From IMG/VR virus record IMGVR_UViG_3300003319_000115, positions 1-53,730 of that record: a DNA stretch of 53,730 nt. One strand, written 5' to 3'. Shown here one piece after another: positions 18,935 through 28,951 of the stretch (the first letter of the stretch is position 1; every line of letters starts with the position of its first letter). The notes beneath the pieces are model-generated. The model ran no database searches, was not told where the DNA came from, and saw only the letters and a list, made by a program, of their open reading frames with translations. This DNA is from a virus (lineage: Duplodnaviria; Caudoviricetes). A program made the translations under genes and the position numbers.

Positions 18935-19719
18935 TATTTAGGTTGCTCCTTATCACCTTTATAGAATGCAACATCTTGTGCGGGCATTTCCATCCACCGC
19001 CAATATTCTTCTTCATTCTTAAAACCGTTCTCACGCATTAAACGTCGCTCATTCTCCGTCAACGCACGGCGAGTTGGTTTATTATCCTGGCGCGTCGGTG
19101 GTGCAGGAGGATTTGGACGTAAATGCGGCGGATTAATCACGTTAGTAGGAGCGGGATTAGGAGTTGGTGTTGGTTCAGGAGTTGGTATCTGTTCAACCTC
19201 ATTACCTTTCCACATTCCTGATTGCTGCATACCAATTGCTGCTAACAATGCACCTTGAACATTGTTCAAGGAACTAGTATCAATACTAGAACACAATTGA
19301 TCTAATAAAGGTTCGATAGAAGGAAAATACTTACTAAACCTTCCATCAGCCTTCAACGTTTTCTTGTGTTTATCGTAAGCAGTTTCAGCTTGAAACGACT
19401 TAGTAAACTCAAGTAACGGTGCAATAGTTTCCTTCAGTTGCGTCTGAATCTCATTTCTGATTACAGAAAGAGGATTAGCATAAAACTCTTTCTGTTCATC
19501 TTCAGGAGACTTAGGTGGAGTCTGTTGTTGCCGTCTTACTTCATCTAACTCTTTTTGTAAACGCTCACGCTCTAATCGTTCAGCCCTTGCATTTTCCTGC
19601 AATAATGCAACCATCCCACTATTATCAATAGACGGAGGTGAAGGTGGTGGGGGAGGAGACGGTGGATTGTTGTTCGGTTGCTGTCCCTGCGTCTCTACTG
19701 TTTCCGTTTCGTGTTCCAT
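18934..19719 (-). CDS. scaffolding protein
   Basis: Pro-rich ends, coiled coil, C-terminal LTENERRLMRENGF.NEEEY. Confidence 0.7.
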   Translation of the reverse strand: MEHETETVETQGQQPNNNPPSPPPPPSPPSIDNSGMVALLQENARAERLERERLQKELDEVRRQQQTPPKSPEDEQKEFYANPLSVIRNEIQTQLKETIAPLLEFTKSFQAETAYDKHKKTLKADGRFSKYFPSIEPLLDQLCSSIDTSSLNNVQGALLAAIGMQQSGMWKGNEVEQIPTPEPTPTPNPAPTNVINPPHLRPNPPAPPTRQDNKPTRRALTENERRLMRENGFKNEEEYWRWMEMPAQDVAFYKGDKEQPK

Positions 19720-19966
19720 TTTCGAGTGTCCTTACATAACTAGAGTTAATAGATTCTAACACGGTTAAACCAACATTAAAACCTTGAACCTTTCCCCTTT
19801 TTTCATATGCATCGAATTGATCTTTAAACGCGACCATTTCCCGCATATGAAGGACTTGCAAATGTCGGAATAGCTTGATTAATGGCGCCCATCCCTCCGT
19901 TTTGACCAGGTAAGATAAGTCCTTGACTTCCGCCGGACTGAGAAATTTGGTTAAGTCCATTTCCAT
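19625..19966 (-). CDS. small post-portal head protein
   Basis: L...EGW..L....RGKVQG pattern; overlaps both neighbours. Confidence 0.6.
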   Translation of the reverse strand: MEMDLTKFLSPAEVKDLSYLVKTEGWAPLIKLFRHLQVLHMREMVAFKDQFDAYEKRGKVQGFNVGLTVLESINSSYVRTLENGTRNGNSRDAGTATEQQSTVSSPTTFTSVY

Positions 19967-21713
19967 TGCCAGTCACCGCTTGAATTAGTTCACGCAATAT
20001 GATACGATCAACATTTCTAACATCAAAGGTTTCGAGAATTTGAACCATAATCTCTGTTGCACCAGACATACCCTTTTGTGCAATAAGTGCTGCTAACTGT
20101 GCATTACCAGTCAGTTGAGCTAATGACAACATTCCTGTAAGATACTGTTGGAATACAGGAGCAATTTGCAACCAGTTCTGACGGTCAAGGAGTTTGTTTT
20201 GTTGTTGTCCAGTAGTTTTAAGTTCTAACAGTAATCCATTACTAACCAACCTCTCAGGCATATTAAACAACTTTGCAACTTGACCCTCAACATCAACATA
20301 TTCAAAATATTCTACTGTACGCGGACCGAATATATGAATGTTGACTGCTGTCTTTTTAATGGAACGATCTAAGAAATCTTTGAAGTTTCCGTAGTGATAA
20401 TCAGATTTCTTCTGTCCTTCTTGAATACGAGATAAGTCGCTAGTTGCTGTACCGGGAGTACCAACTTGTGGCATCCCAAGCATTACTTCATTAACACCAG
20501 TTCGTTGTTGTAAGTAGATCAACGAACCTTGTTCGTCAGCAAAACTAGAAGGATAGATTTCTGCTAATTGGAAAGAATCAATGTGATCCATGTTATCAAC
20601 GAACCACATCTTTCCAGGCCAAATTGGTTCGTTAGGACCATACTTGCTTAAGGATGATACTTTAATCATCCTCATGTTTGCTAGTGTAGCATTATCCAAT
20701 CTTTGTCTGTGTTGAGTTGTAATCTCTCTTTGAAAATGTTCTGACTGCTTACAAACACCCATGCCCGTCCAACGATGTTCAACTGGAAAGTAGATTCCAA
20801 TCTCGTAAGGACGAGACAAATCTGCATACCAATTATAACGCACACTCATTAATGTGCGCGATTCTTTATGATAATGTACTACGATTTCTTCATCTCTACC
20901 ATCACCATCAACGTCGAATGCTAACCAGATTTCTTTCCACTGAATAGTCTTAGGCCAAACTGGCTTGATATTATCTAAGTCTTGTTGTTGCTGTTTAAAT
21001 TTATCAGGATTCTGTTGAGAATCGGCGATCCATTTTTCTAGGTTATCTCTTGTTCCTTCCTTGAAAAGTCCACCATATTCTAAGTTAATAACATCGTAAG
21101 CGGTCTTTTCGTGTTCCTCGCCAACCCACGGCGAATTCTCAGGATCACGAGCATAAAAAGGCATCAAGAAGCGTGAAATGGGTACTGCATCCATACACGC
21201 ACCTTGCTTAGTCACTACGTCAAATGTCGTTTCTTCACCATTAGGTAATGTGATAACAGCTTTCTTCACCAGCCTTTCATAACCCATTTTTCCAACACAA
21301 GTACCATACTTTACTCTCTCTAAATCTGTATCAACAACGTATTGTCTAAAGTTAATACCATACTTCAACTCATGATCGAAGAAGCGCTCAAACGGTCTAG
21401 CACTATCACTCCAATCAGGAGCTTTAGCTTGAGCAGAAACTAACTCTTTAACAGCAAATACTGTTGTAATATTACGTGCATGAACAGTCTCGACAGCAAT
21501 AGCACTTAACGGAATTTCAATTGTAGCTGCACCTTTAAATGGAAACTCAGCTAGCTCAGTAGAAGGCTGAGCCCAATAAATCTGTTGCCAACGGTTTAGG
21601 TCATCAATAAACCTGCCCCGTTCAGCATAGAAATTTTCCAATTCTGTATTGAGGTAACTGATTAATCTTTCCTCAGTATCCTCATCTAACACTAACTGTC
21701 TAGGATAAGGCAT
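19824..21713 (-). CDS. portal protein
   Basis: 629 aa; PFKGAA, KYGTCVGK, D.DGDG.DEE, WTGMGV, R.DNA.LAN, RTGV....G...GTAT. Confidence 0.9.
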   Translation of the reverse strand: MPYPRQLVLDEDTEERLISYLNTELENFYAERGRFIDDLNRWQQIYWAQPSTELAEFPFKGAATIEIPLSAIAVETVHARNITTVFAVKELVSAQAKAPDWSDSARPFERFFDHELKYGINFRQYVVDTDLERVKYGTCVGKMGYERLVKKAVITLPNGEETTFDVVTKQGACMDAVPISRFLMPFYARDPENSPWVGEEHEKTAYDVINLEYGGLFKEGTRDNLEKWIADSQQNPDKFKQQQQDLDNIKPVWPKTIQWKEIWLAFDVDGDGRDEEIVVHYHKESRTLMSVRYNWYADLSRPYEIGIYFPVEHRWTGMGVCKQSEHFQREITTQHRQRLDNATLANMRMIKVSSLSKYGPNEPIWPGKMWFVDNMDHIDSFQLAEIYPSSFADEQGSLIYLQQRTGVNEVMLGMPQVGTPGTATSDLSRIQEGQKKSDYHYGNFKDFLDRSIKKTAVNIHIFGPRTVEYFEYVDVEGQVAKLFNMPERLVSNGLLLELKTTGQQQNKLLDRQNWLQIAPVFQQYLTGMLSLAQLTGNAQLAALIAQKGMSGATEIMVQILETFDVRNVDRIILRELIQAVTGNGNGLNQISQSGGSQGLILPGQNGGMGAINQAIPTFASPSYAGNGRV

Positions 21714-22122
21714 GTTCCTTCTTATGACAAGATTGACAAAGGAACTCTAAGTTGTTTAAATCAAGAGCGCGCAAAGGGTGAGTGTAAATACGAAGCTTAT
21801 GATGAGCGTGGTGACCCACACAGCCACAACGATTACAGAGTCCAACATAACGCTCACGGCAACTCTGCCTAAGTATTTTCCAGGCTTCGCTCTGATAGAA
21901 TTTAGTACGTAACTTAAGATAGACATACTTTAGTTTCTTCTCGGATATACGACCTTTCCTATACAGTTCTTTATGTAACTCGATTTCTTCTAAGATTCTA
22001 AATGCTACGTCAAGAGGACCACGATAAGTTATACCACCCTTAACGGAAGCCTTCTTAGCACTAGAATCTAGTTTCTTTCTGTAAGCTGATATGTACTCTG
22101 AGTAACTCGCCATTCTAGCCAC
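21700..22122 (-). CDS. HNH endonuclease (terminase-associated type)
   Basis: FYQSEAW..LR, CNRCG...HAHH...NLEFLCQSCHKKEH. Confidence 0.9.
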   Translation of the reverse strand: MARMASYSEYISAYRKKLDSSAKKASVKGGITYRGPLDVAFRILEEIELHKELYRKGRISEKKLKYVYLKLRTKFYQSEAWKILRQSCRERYVGLCNRCGCVGHHAHHKLRIYTHPLRALDLNNLEFLCQSCHKKEHALS

Positions 22123-22336
22123 TACTCGCTAGTCTAAATTCGTAACTAGTGAAAGCTCCGTTAGGTGGTGCGGTGAAGGGCTAACTACTATGCTTCTGCC
22201 CGCCAAGTAACTGCTAACGGAAGTGCGTGGGGTCAGCATCCAAGCCTCCGTGTGGCGTGGAAAGCCCTCTACCGGGCGGGCGGAAGTGCGCGCGCTATTC
22301 GCTTCGCAAACGCTCGCTGCGCTCGCGTTTGCTCGC

Positions 22337-22687
22337 TCATGCGCGCGTTATCAAGTATCCGAGTAATGCACCACATGTGTCAGCAAGTAAGTCTCTCCAC
22401 ATATAAGGTAGCCATTGGGCGGGCTTACGTCTCCCATTGATTGCTTGAACAACTTCATAACCAAATCCGAGCGATACGGTTATAACTAATGCAGGCCAAG
22501 GTTGAACGTGAAGTAACCATACTGAACCCAACACTAACAACAAACTAATTCCAAAGTGCTCAGCTTTATCGGGCGTAAGTAAGTAATCCTTGTAACCACC
22601 AGTATCAGTATCCAGTTTAAACGCTCCAATAAGCAATAACGCTAACAAACCTAGAGCTATATAAATATTTTCTGGTGTCCAACTCAT
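22337..22687 (-). CDS. VanZ/YfiM-like membrane protein
   Basis: DKAEHF...GFGYEVVQ...WRDLLAD..GALLG with several TM helices. Confidence 0.65.
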   Translation of the reverse strand: MSWTPENIYIALGLLALLLIGAFKLDTDTGGYKDYLLTPDKAEHFGISLLLVLGSVWLLHVQPWPALVITVSLGFGYEVVQAINGRRKPAQWLPYMWRDLLADTCGALLGYLITRA

Positions 22688-22893
22688 TTTCTATTTTGCC
22701 AAAGAAAAATCGCAACGGCGCCCAAGAGAACGAGTCCGATTATGATATATACTGGACTAACAACTCCTGCTGTTTCACAAACCTGATACGGAACTCTGTT
22801 CGCATCATACGTACATTTCTGACGACCAACAAAGTAGAAGATAAGGCCTAAAAGGATAACTAAAGGAAACCCAAAAGCTAATGCTTTTTTCAT
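22684..22893 (-). CDS. small two-TM membrane protein
   Basis: Two hydrophobic helices flanking a Cys-pair loop. Confidence 0.6.
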   Translation of the reverse strand: MKKALAFGFPLVILLGLIFYFVGRQKCTYDANRVPYQVCETAGVVSPVYIIIGLVLLGAVAIFLWQNRK

Positions 22894-23096
22894 GGATGAT
22901 CTCCGACTAGTAACACAAACACGCTATGCAGGTCACGTACATAAACAGACTTACGAATAAACCATACCTTAAGCGTTGTTACTCGTCTTTCCTTATTCAA
23001 ATCGTACCAATTCCAAAATAACTCATTCATTACCTGTCTTGCATATACCTTTAGTGGACCAAAATCACTAAGGTCCATCTCATCAATGGCGGCCAT
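22890..23096 (-). CDS. hypothetical protein
   Basis: Coupled start/stop overlaps. Confidence 0.55.
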   Translation of the reverse strand: MAAIDEMDLSDFGPLKVYARQVMNELFWNWYDLNKERRVTTLKVWFIRKSVYVRDLHSVFVLLVGDHP

Positions 23097-23368
23097 TATT
23101 CCTTTACCGTATCAAGGTTACTACGTTCAACCTTCTCAATCTTACTAATAGTCACGCTAGCAGCGTCACCGGGATTGACTTTACGATTGATTAATTTATG
23201 AATAGCACTATAGAGAACTAATAACACTGCTCCACTTAAACTAGCTTCTGCTTCTGGTCCTAACGTAAAGTGCAACTTCTCAAATAAGTAAACACCCAAT
23301 GCAGCAACTAAGCCCGCTATCACACGAGCAAGAACAGGACGCAAGGTATCGAATAGTGTCAATTCCAT
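23096..23368 (-). CDS. holin-like two-TM protein
   Basis: Two TM helices and a charged C-terminus. Confidence 0.55.
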   Translation of the reverse strand: MELTLFDTLRPVLARVIAGLVAALGVYLFEKLHFTLGPEAEASLSGAVLLVLYSAIHKLINRKVNPGDAASVTISKIEKVERSNLDTVKE

Positions 23369-25105
23369 TTAACCCTCCCGCACTTTCGAGTAACCCGTCA
23401 TTGGATCAATACTAGCAAAACGTTTAGCCATTGCTTCATTTTCTTCTTCAACTTTAGTTCTCGGAAATCCAGGAACCCAAACTTCTGGACCTTGAGAAAG
23501 AGCATCTAGTAAGTGAATTTGTTTTTCGCTGATGGAACCAAAGCGACGAAGTTGGTACTCTAAATCTGAATACTCATTTTTGGGGTCTTGACCTTTGGTG
23601 TAATAAAGCGGGTTAATGAAAATCTTCCCAGCTTCTAATGGATTCGCCAGCACATCTACACGTAAAGGTTTAGCCCGCTGTAAAACGTCGAACTCACTAA
23701 CATGGAACTTAATACCTCTCGTTCTCATTTCAGCTTCCCACCAGAACTTATACAACTCTGAGAATAGAACTTTTTCAACACTTACAGCATAAGGTCTGTA
23801 TTGAGAAACTTTCTGGAAAACGAGTTCGGTAAGCTCAGGACTTGTTAATTCTTTTTGGATTGCTTCCAGAATGAAGTTTCTACGAAATTCATCAGTAGCA
23901 CTAATAATAATCCCGTTATCGCCGCCAGGAGCAGGATCGAGAAGAATAAAAACGTTGCAGTCTCTAATATTGACAATAGTCTCCCGACCTTTAGCTCCCC
24001 ATACCGTAAGCCTGTACTTATCGCGCCAACCAAAATAGCGAATCCAATCAGGATTAAACTTAGTTTGAGAATTATCCGGATCATTCTCATACTGCGCAGA
24101 GAAAACTTTACGGTTCTTCTTGAGGATTTCTAAATCTTCACTACTGACTTCTTCTGGAAAGATTGGAACTTTCTTTCCATCAATTACTTCTTCAACAGGA
24201 CGACGATAAACCTTTAATTTCTTTCCATAACGCTCCATACCGTGAGCGTATAGATCATCTACTGACCAACGAGTGCCATTCCAATCAATGCGATCTTTGT
24301 TGAATACACTAAAGAATGCTTGTGCATTGTCAAACCAATCGAATGCACTTTGCATTTCGGCAGCAGAGTCGCGGGCCTTTTCTCCGATAAGGTCATCGAA
24401 TTTCAATACATTATAGTGTCTACCCTGACTCTTAGCACCAACACCCATTGTATCGAGTGTGGGTTCAGACCAAATCTTTGTACGAGGTAACTGTAACTCG
24501 TGTTTATTGATCTTGTGAATCTTTGGGCTAGGAATGACATCAGGAAACAATGCCATTAAGATCGGATTCGAGAGGAAGTGAGTAGTAATGGAGAACAGGT
24601 ATCTACTCGCTCCCTCTTGTGTTTCGTGTCCGATTAAAACCCTAGCATCAGGGCCTAATTCCTCAGGCCACGGTAATGGATTATACGGAAGTGGATCAGG
24701 CCCTACGTATTCTTGTGATTCTCTGTCGTACTTTCTATCTTCGTCCGTGTATGGTAATACAATGCGAATAGCATCACTAATGGTAAGGATAGTAGACTTA
24801 AAGTGGTTACGAGGAAGCAGGACGAGCCTAAAACGCTCGTATCTATTGTTGTACCACCAAGTAGCAAGATTACCGTGCAGGTTAACGGAAAGACGAGTAT
24901 ACTGTAATACGGAATAAGCGAGGAAGAACAAATCTCGTTTACATCTAACTCGCGCTTCGTGCCATTGCTTCTTGGTAATGCCATGATACTTAGCGTTTGC
25001 TTCCTTCTGTTTTGTAGCAATGTTAACAGGGTCTAGTAACTTCTCCCATTCTTCATCACCAATATCTCTCTTGTGATCTTGGTGTCTATTTAGGATCTCC
25101 GCCAT
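23369..25105 (-). CDS. terL: terminase large subunit
   Basis: LLPRNHFKST Walker A, GRHYNVLKFDDL Walker B, GTRW, FSAQYENDP, LDPA and LDAL nuclease motifs. Confidence 0.93.
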   Translation of the reverse strand: MAEILNRHQDHKRDIGDEEWEKLLDPVNIATKQKEANAKYHGITKKQWHEARVRCKRDLFFLAYSVLQYTRLSVNLHGNLATWWYNNRYERFRLVLLPRNHFKSTILTISDAIRIVLPYTDEDRKYDRESQEYVGPDPLPYNPLPWPEELGPDARVLIGHETQEGASRYLFSITTHFLSNPILMALFPDVIPSPKIHKINKHELQLPRTKIWSEPTLDTMGVGAKSQGRHYNVLKFDDLIGEKARDSAAEMQSAFDWFDNAQAFFSVFNKDRIDWNGTRWSVDDLYAHGMERYGKKLKVYRRPVEEVIDGKKVPIFPEEVSSEDLEILKKNRKVFSAQYENDPDNSQTKFNPDWIRYFGWRDKYRLTVWGAKGRETIVNIRDCNVFILLDPAPGGDNGIIISATDEFRRNFILEAIQKELTSPELTELVFQKVSQYRPYAVSVEKVLFSELYKFWWEAEMRTRGIKFHVSEFDVLQRAKPLRVDVLANPLEAGKIFINPLYYTKGQDPKNEYSDLEYQLRRFGSISEKQIHLLDALSQGPEVWVPGFPRTKVEEENEAMAKRFASIDPMTGYSKVREG

Positions 25106-25619
25106 GAAGTAGCTTAACCTCGTTAGCCTTATTGAGTCCGTCTGTGAAGATTTGAGCTAATTCGGCGGGCATTGCAAAGACGGCGTTGTTTATGTTCATA
25201 TTACCACTACTAGGCTTATCCTCTTTCAAATCACCAAGACCCTTAGCAACTTGTAACGAACGATCAAACACAGCTAAAGGTGAAGATTCCATTAAGTCAG
25301 GGTTAGCTAGGACAGACTTAATATTCTTAATGGCTTGCTTCCTGATATCTTCTAACTGCTGTGGAATGTTATCAATGTTGTTCTTTCTCATTTTCTCTAA
25401 TAACCTCTCGCGAAACTCCTCCGCTTGAGGTGTATTGAGAATATTACTGATGTGTTGCTTAGTATAAGAGAGATTATGCTTTTCTCTCATCAAATCAGCG
25501 ATTTTCTGATTACCAAAGCCCGCTGATGAATAAGCAACTACAATCTCGTATTCGGGCTTCCACTTCCTAGGAACCCACCTTCTTAGAGCAGCTTTTTTCT
25601 CTGTTAACGTCTCAGCCAT
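25086..25619 (-). CDS. terS: terminase small subunit (HTH)
   Basis: G.GNQKIA...YTKQHISNILN HTH; directly upstream of terL. Confidence 0.65.
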   Translation of the reverse strand: MAETLTEKKAALRRWVPRKWKPEYEIVVAYSSAGFGNQKIADLMREKHNLSYTKQHISNILNTPQAEEFRERLLEKMRKNNIDNIPQQLEDIRKQAIKNIKSVLANPDLMESSPLAVFDRSLQVAKGLGDLKEDKPSSGNMNINNAVFAMPAELAQIFTDGLNKANEVKLLHGGDPK

Positions 25620-25743
25620 ATTTCAGTAGGGAGAGTTATTAGCTCTCCCCACGATTTAAGTCCTATCGAATTTTCCAGATGAACCGTGAATAATGCGGAT
25701 ACTACTGTTAGGCAACGCAGCTACGCGTTCCCAAAACCGAATG

Positions 25744-26475
25744 TTATTTACTGGTTCCCCCGGCTGAGCCCCCGGTTTTATTTTGCTCTGTGCTTGTAGT
25801 CTTCGGGGCTGACTGGGTTGTTGAACTAACTGAGCGGGTTCCAGCGGGCTGTTGCTTGCTCGTTGAAGAACTACTGGAAGTGGAGCTACCTGTTTCTTTG
25901 CTGCTCTCACTTTCTTTAGCGTCTGAATCACTCTTTTCATTCTCAGTCACCTTGGCATCCTCTGCTAACTTGGTGATCGTTTGCTGAACTTCTTGTGTAG
26001 CTTCACGAACGGGAGTTCCTACGTCTTGTAACTTCCGCTGTAACTCTTGCTGTTTCTCAGTACGTTGCTCAGCAAGGTCCTTCATGTACTCGACCTTCTG
26101 ATCGTTAGAAGATTCCACCTTCTCAATAAAGCCCGGATCACTCACAACAACACGATCGGGCGGAAGATCATGCTCGTTAACTTCTCCAATAGGAATAATC
26201 TTACCCTGTTGACCAAGTTTAAAAATCTCTTGATCGCGCTCGTAACGCGGATCACTACGTAAACGAGTCTCAGCTTCTAACGTATCAGATACACGCGCAC
26301 TATAAGCTGCTAAACCAACTTGAGCCGCAGCAACCATATCGGGAGCAAACTGCTCACGTTCATCAGGAGGAGCTTCGTTAAGGTTACTTCCCTCTTGAGA
26401 ACGCTCAGCACTACTCTTTTTCGTTTCTAAGTGATGTTCAGGTCCACCAGTGTGTAATGCTTCAGCCTTTGCCAT
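25744..26475 (-). CDS. low-complexity, likely disordered protein
   Basis: SD AAGGGAG before ATG 26475; Ser/Thr/Glu/Gln-rich. Confidence 0.65.
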   Translation of the reverse strand: MAKAEALHTGGPEHHLETKKSSAERSQEGSNLNEAPPDEREQFAPDMVAAAQVGLAAYSARVSDTLEAETRLRSDPRYERDQEIFKLGQQGKIIPIGEVNEHDLPPDRVVVSDPGFIEKVESSNDQKVEYMKDLAEQRTEKQQELQRKLQDVGTPVREATQEVQQTITKLAEDAKVTENEKSDSDAKESESSKETGSSTSSSSSTSKQQPAGTRSVSSTTQSAPKTTSTEQNKTGGSAGGTSK

Positions 26476-26558
26476 TTTTCGTACTCCCTTTTTTGAGTTT
26501 CTTGACGCTTTCACTAATGGCCTTCATGAAATAACCTTTCTGCTTACTTCCTTTCGCT

Positions 26559-26756
26559 TTAGGTACCCGGTAATCTTTTGCCACCTTTTAAGCCCTCGCT
26601 CGCTGATTTAATGGGCTTCGAACTACCAACACGATTCTTATGAGAGTTACCACCATTCGGGTACTTATAGGGTTTCAAGGGAGCCTGTCCGTTACCAGTT
26701 CCGTAACTCGGTTCGCTAACTCTACCACCGCCCGTTTTTGTAATGGACTTGTTCAT
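26559..26756 (-). CDS. small basic Gly/Lys-rich protein
   Basis: ORF coupled to the upstream gene; GGAGG SD. Confidence 0.55.
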   Translation of the reverse strand: MNKSITKTGGGRVSEPSYGTGNGQAPLKPYKYPNGGNSHKNRVGSSKPIKSASEGLKGGKRLPGT

Positions 26757-26968
26757 TTTGCCTCCAATTCATCAGGATTCCAAAGACGGTTAAAACCTGC
26801 TTCTCTCTGACACCAATCAGCAATTGCTTGTTCTGCACTATACCACGGACCTAACGATGGATGTAGGATACTTCTAGAACCATCATCAGGATCAACATGG
26901 ATAATCTTCCAATTGCGTGGAGAACCACCTTCAGCAATTGGAATGATTGTTTTATCAGTTTCACTCAT
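26753..26968 (-). CDS. hypothetical protein
   Basis: ATGA overlaps on both sides. Confidence 0.55.
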   Translation of the reverse strand: MSETDKTIIPIAEGGSPRNWKIIHVDPDDGSRSILHPSLGPWYSAEQAIADWCQREAGFNRLWNPDELEAK

Positions 26969-28899
26969 GCTGAAGTCCTCACATTGTAATAGTTTTCAAG
27001 CGCTGTAGTTCTACTAATTGCTTGTGAAACTAACTGGCCCGGAATACCCATTACTTTTTCTAAAGTACCCGGACCTTGAAATCTAAGCTTACTACCAGCA
27101 CTTCCATATGATCCTGAAACGAATCCATTAGATTGGTTTGTTACACCATTGATCTGCATGAATTCGTTAATACTGCCTGCTGAACCAATATGGCGTAAAT
27201 AAAATCCACGCTTAGAATTACCACTAGCTGAAACGCGAAGAATAGCAGGAGCAAAATCAATGGCAACACCACTAGCTTGCAACATTTGTAAGTTAGTAGT
27301 GCCTCCAACTAAACCATGCTCAAGTGTACCATTTCTCATCGTTAACTTACCACCAGCACCCGCAGAGAAATCAACAATAGCAAATAAACCGTGGTCCTGA
27401 TCGAACCTCATTGTAGATGCTGTTTCTAACTCTACAATGTCACTAGCGGTAGGACAGTAAATCTTTACCATCGAGCGCCCAGCTTCTGTTGTTCTTAATA
27501 TTTGTGGTGCACCTGAAATTACAACAAGTCTGGCAAAAGATGAACCACGAATATCATCAAGACTAGTAAAAAGCTCTGGACCAGATCCGCTAGAAACTAA
27601 ACCAATTCTAGGTTCAAAGAAGAAACTAACTCTAGCTCTAGCTTGAGCAAGTGTTAATGTTGGATACGTACCAGTGTGCCATTCACCTTCCCATAGAAGA
27701 TCACGAATCCAACGCTCTTGAATGTTTATTGCGCCAGTGAAAGTAACTGGAATTTCTTTATAAAGCCCGCCACCATAACAACCGAGTATTATACCACTAC
27801 CAGAAACAGCATCTATAGTGCAGATATTCTGAGTTGGTGTAGCACTAACAAAGTCAGGAACGTAAAAGCGATGTGCATTAACTGAGTCAGCAGAGAATAT
27901 GTTAACAAAATTACCTAATATCTCATGCTCAGGAGTATCACTTTCTGCTTTGAGTGCAGGAGGATAACGGCTGGTAATGTCAACTCCATTACGGAAAGCT
28001 AAAAGTTCAATTCTCTGAGAACGAGTACCTAATGGAACACTGAAACCATTTGAATCATTTACAACGAATACTGTTCCATCTTGCAGTCTACAACGAAATT
28101 CATCTGGATGTAGAACTGGTACTCCACTGCCTCTAGCATCAGCTTTTACTACTTGCCATCCTTGTGCTTCTTGATCCACAATACCAGTAGACATAGGGTG
28201 AACAAAGAACCCTATACCACTGATAAAGCCTTCACGCCAGCTAGAATAAATGGAGCTAGTTCCTTTCAAAGCTCCATTTAAACGATTGGGAACTAATGAA
28301 CCACCATCAGGATTACGTAATGTTGTGCGTGGATAGTTTAACGGATTAACAAATAGATCACCATATTGAGAGGGATTAGCAAGAATAATCCCCATCATGT
28401 AATCTAAGTACGTACTATTCCACGTATTTAATCCTGCACCAATGTTCTGTGGATATGAACGGAGCAAGTATGAAACAATAAGCTGTGTTCCACCAAGCCC
28501 GCGAACCCACGTTACATGCCGACGCCACTTAGTAAGAATATTGTCAGGACTAGTACCAAGGTTATTTAAATCATTAACACTAAAGCCGTCACCATCAATC
28601 AGGAATATGTTTAGCTTACTAGCGCTAACAAAAGGTTGAATCTCTGTAGCTCTAACAGCGTAACCTTGATCCCAATCTCTAGAGATAGCAGCAGAATTAA
28701 CGTAACTCCAATTAGCAACTTGTGCAGGATCAAGCGCTTTTAATACTTGATCCTCCATACTAATATGTGCAGGAACACCAGCATCATTTCTAGTAGAAAA
28801 GAAACTGGCTCCTGTAGCAATTACAACTCCCCCATCCGAACCATTTGGGAGACTAGAGCCAACGTCTCTCCTTCTCCTTCTGATGCTGGCGTAAGACAT
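26965..28899 (-). CDS. 644-aa protein with N-terminal SGNH/GDSL-like domain; possible receptor-binding/esterase protein
   Basis: IATGASFF (block I), VNSA (II), G..VNDL (III), VHP (V); beta-rich C-terminal half. Confidence 0.45.
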   Translation of the reverse strand: MSYASIRRRRRDVGSSLPNGSDGGVVIATGASFFSTRNDAGVPAHISMEDQVLKALDPAQVANWSYVNSAAISRDWDQGYAVRATEIQPFVSASKLNIFLIDGDGFSVNDLNNLGTSPDNILTKWRRHVTWVRGLGGTQLIVSYLLRSYPQNIGAGLNTWNSTYLDYMMGIILANPSQYGDLFVNPLNYPRTTLRNPDGGSLVPNRLNGALKGTSSIYSSWREGFISGIGFFVHPMSTGIVDQEAQGWQVVKADARGSGVPVLHPDEFRCRLQDGTVFVVNDSNGFSVPLGTRSQRIELLAFRNGVDITSRYPPALKAESDTPEHEILGNFVNIFSADSVNAHRFYVPDFVSATPTQNICTIDAVSGSGIILGCYGGGLYKEIPVTFTGAINIQERWIRDLLWEGEWHTGTYPTLTLAQARARVSFFFEPRIGLVSSGSGPELFTSLDDIRGSSFARLVVISGAPQILRTTEAGRSMVKIYCPTASDIVELETASTMRFDQDHGLFAIVDFSAGAGGKLTMRNGTLEHGLVGGTTNLQMLQASGVAIDFAPAILRVSASGNSKRGFYLRHIGSAGSINEFMQINGVTNQSNGFVSGSYGSAGSKLRFQGPGTLEKVMGIPGQLVSQAISRTTALENYYNVRTSA

Positions 28900-28951
28900 T
28901 AAGGAAGGCGGGCGAAAGTGAGAGAGGGAAGCGTAAGCATCAACACTAACC

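Noticed and set aside
21700-22336. IscB/HEARO-type RNA-guided nuclease
   Set aside because: The protein is only 140 aa with no RuvC or PLMP segments and fits a terminase-associated HNH
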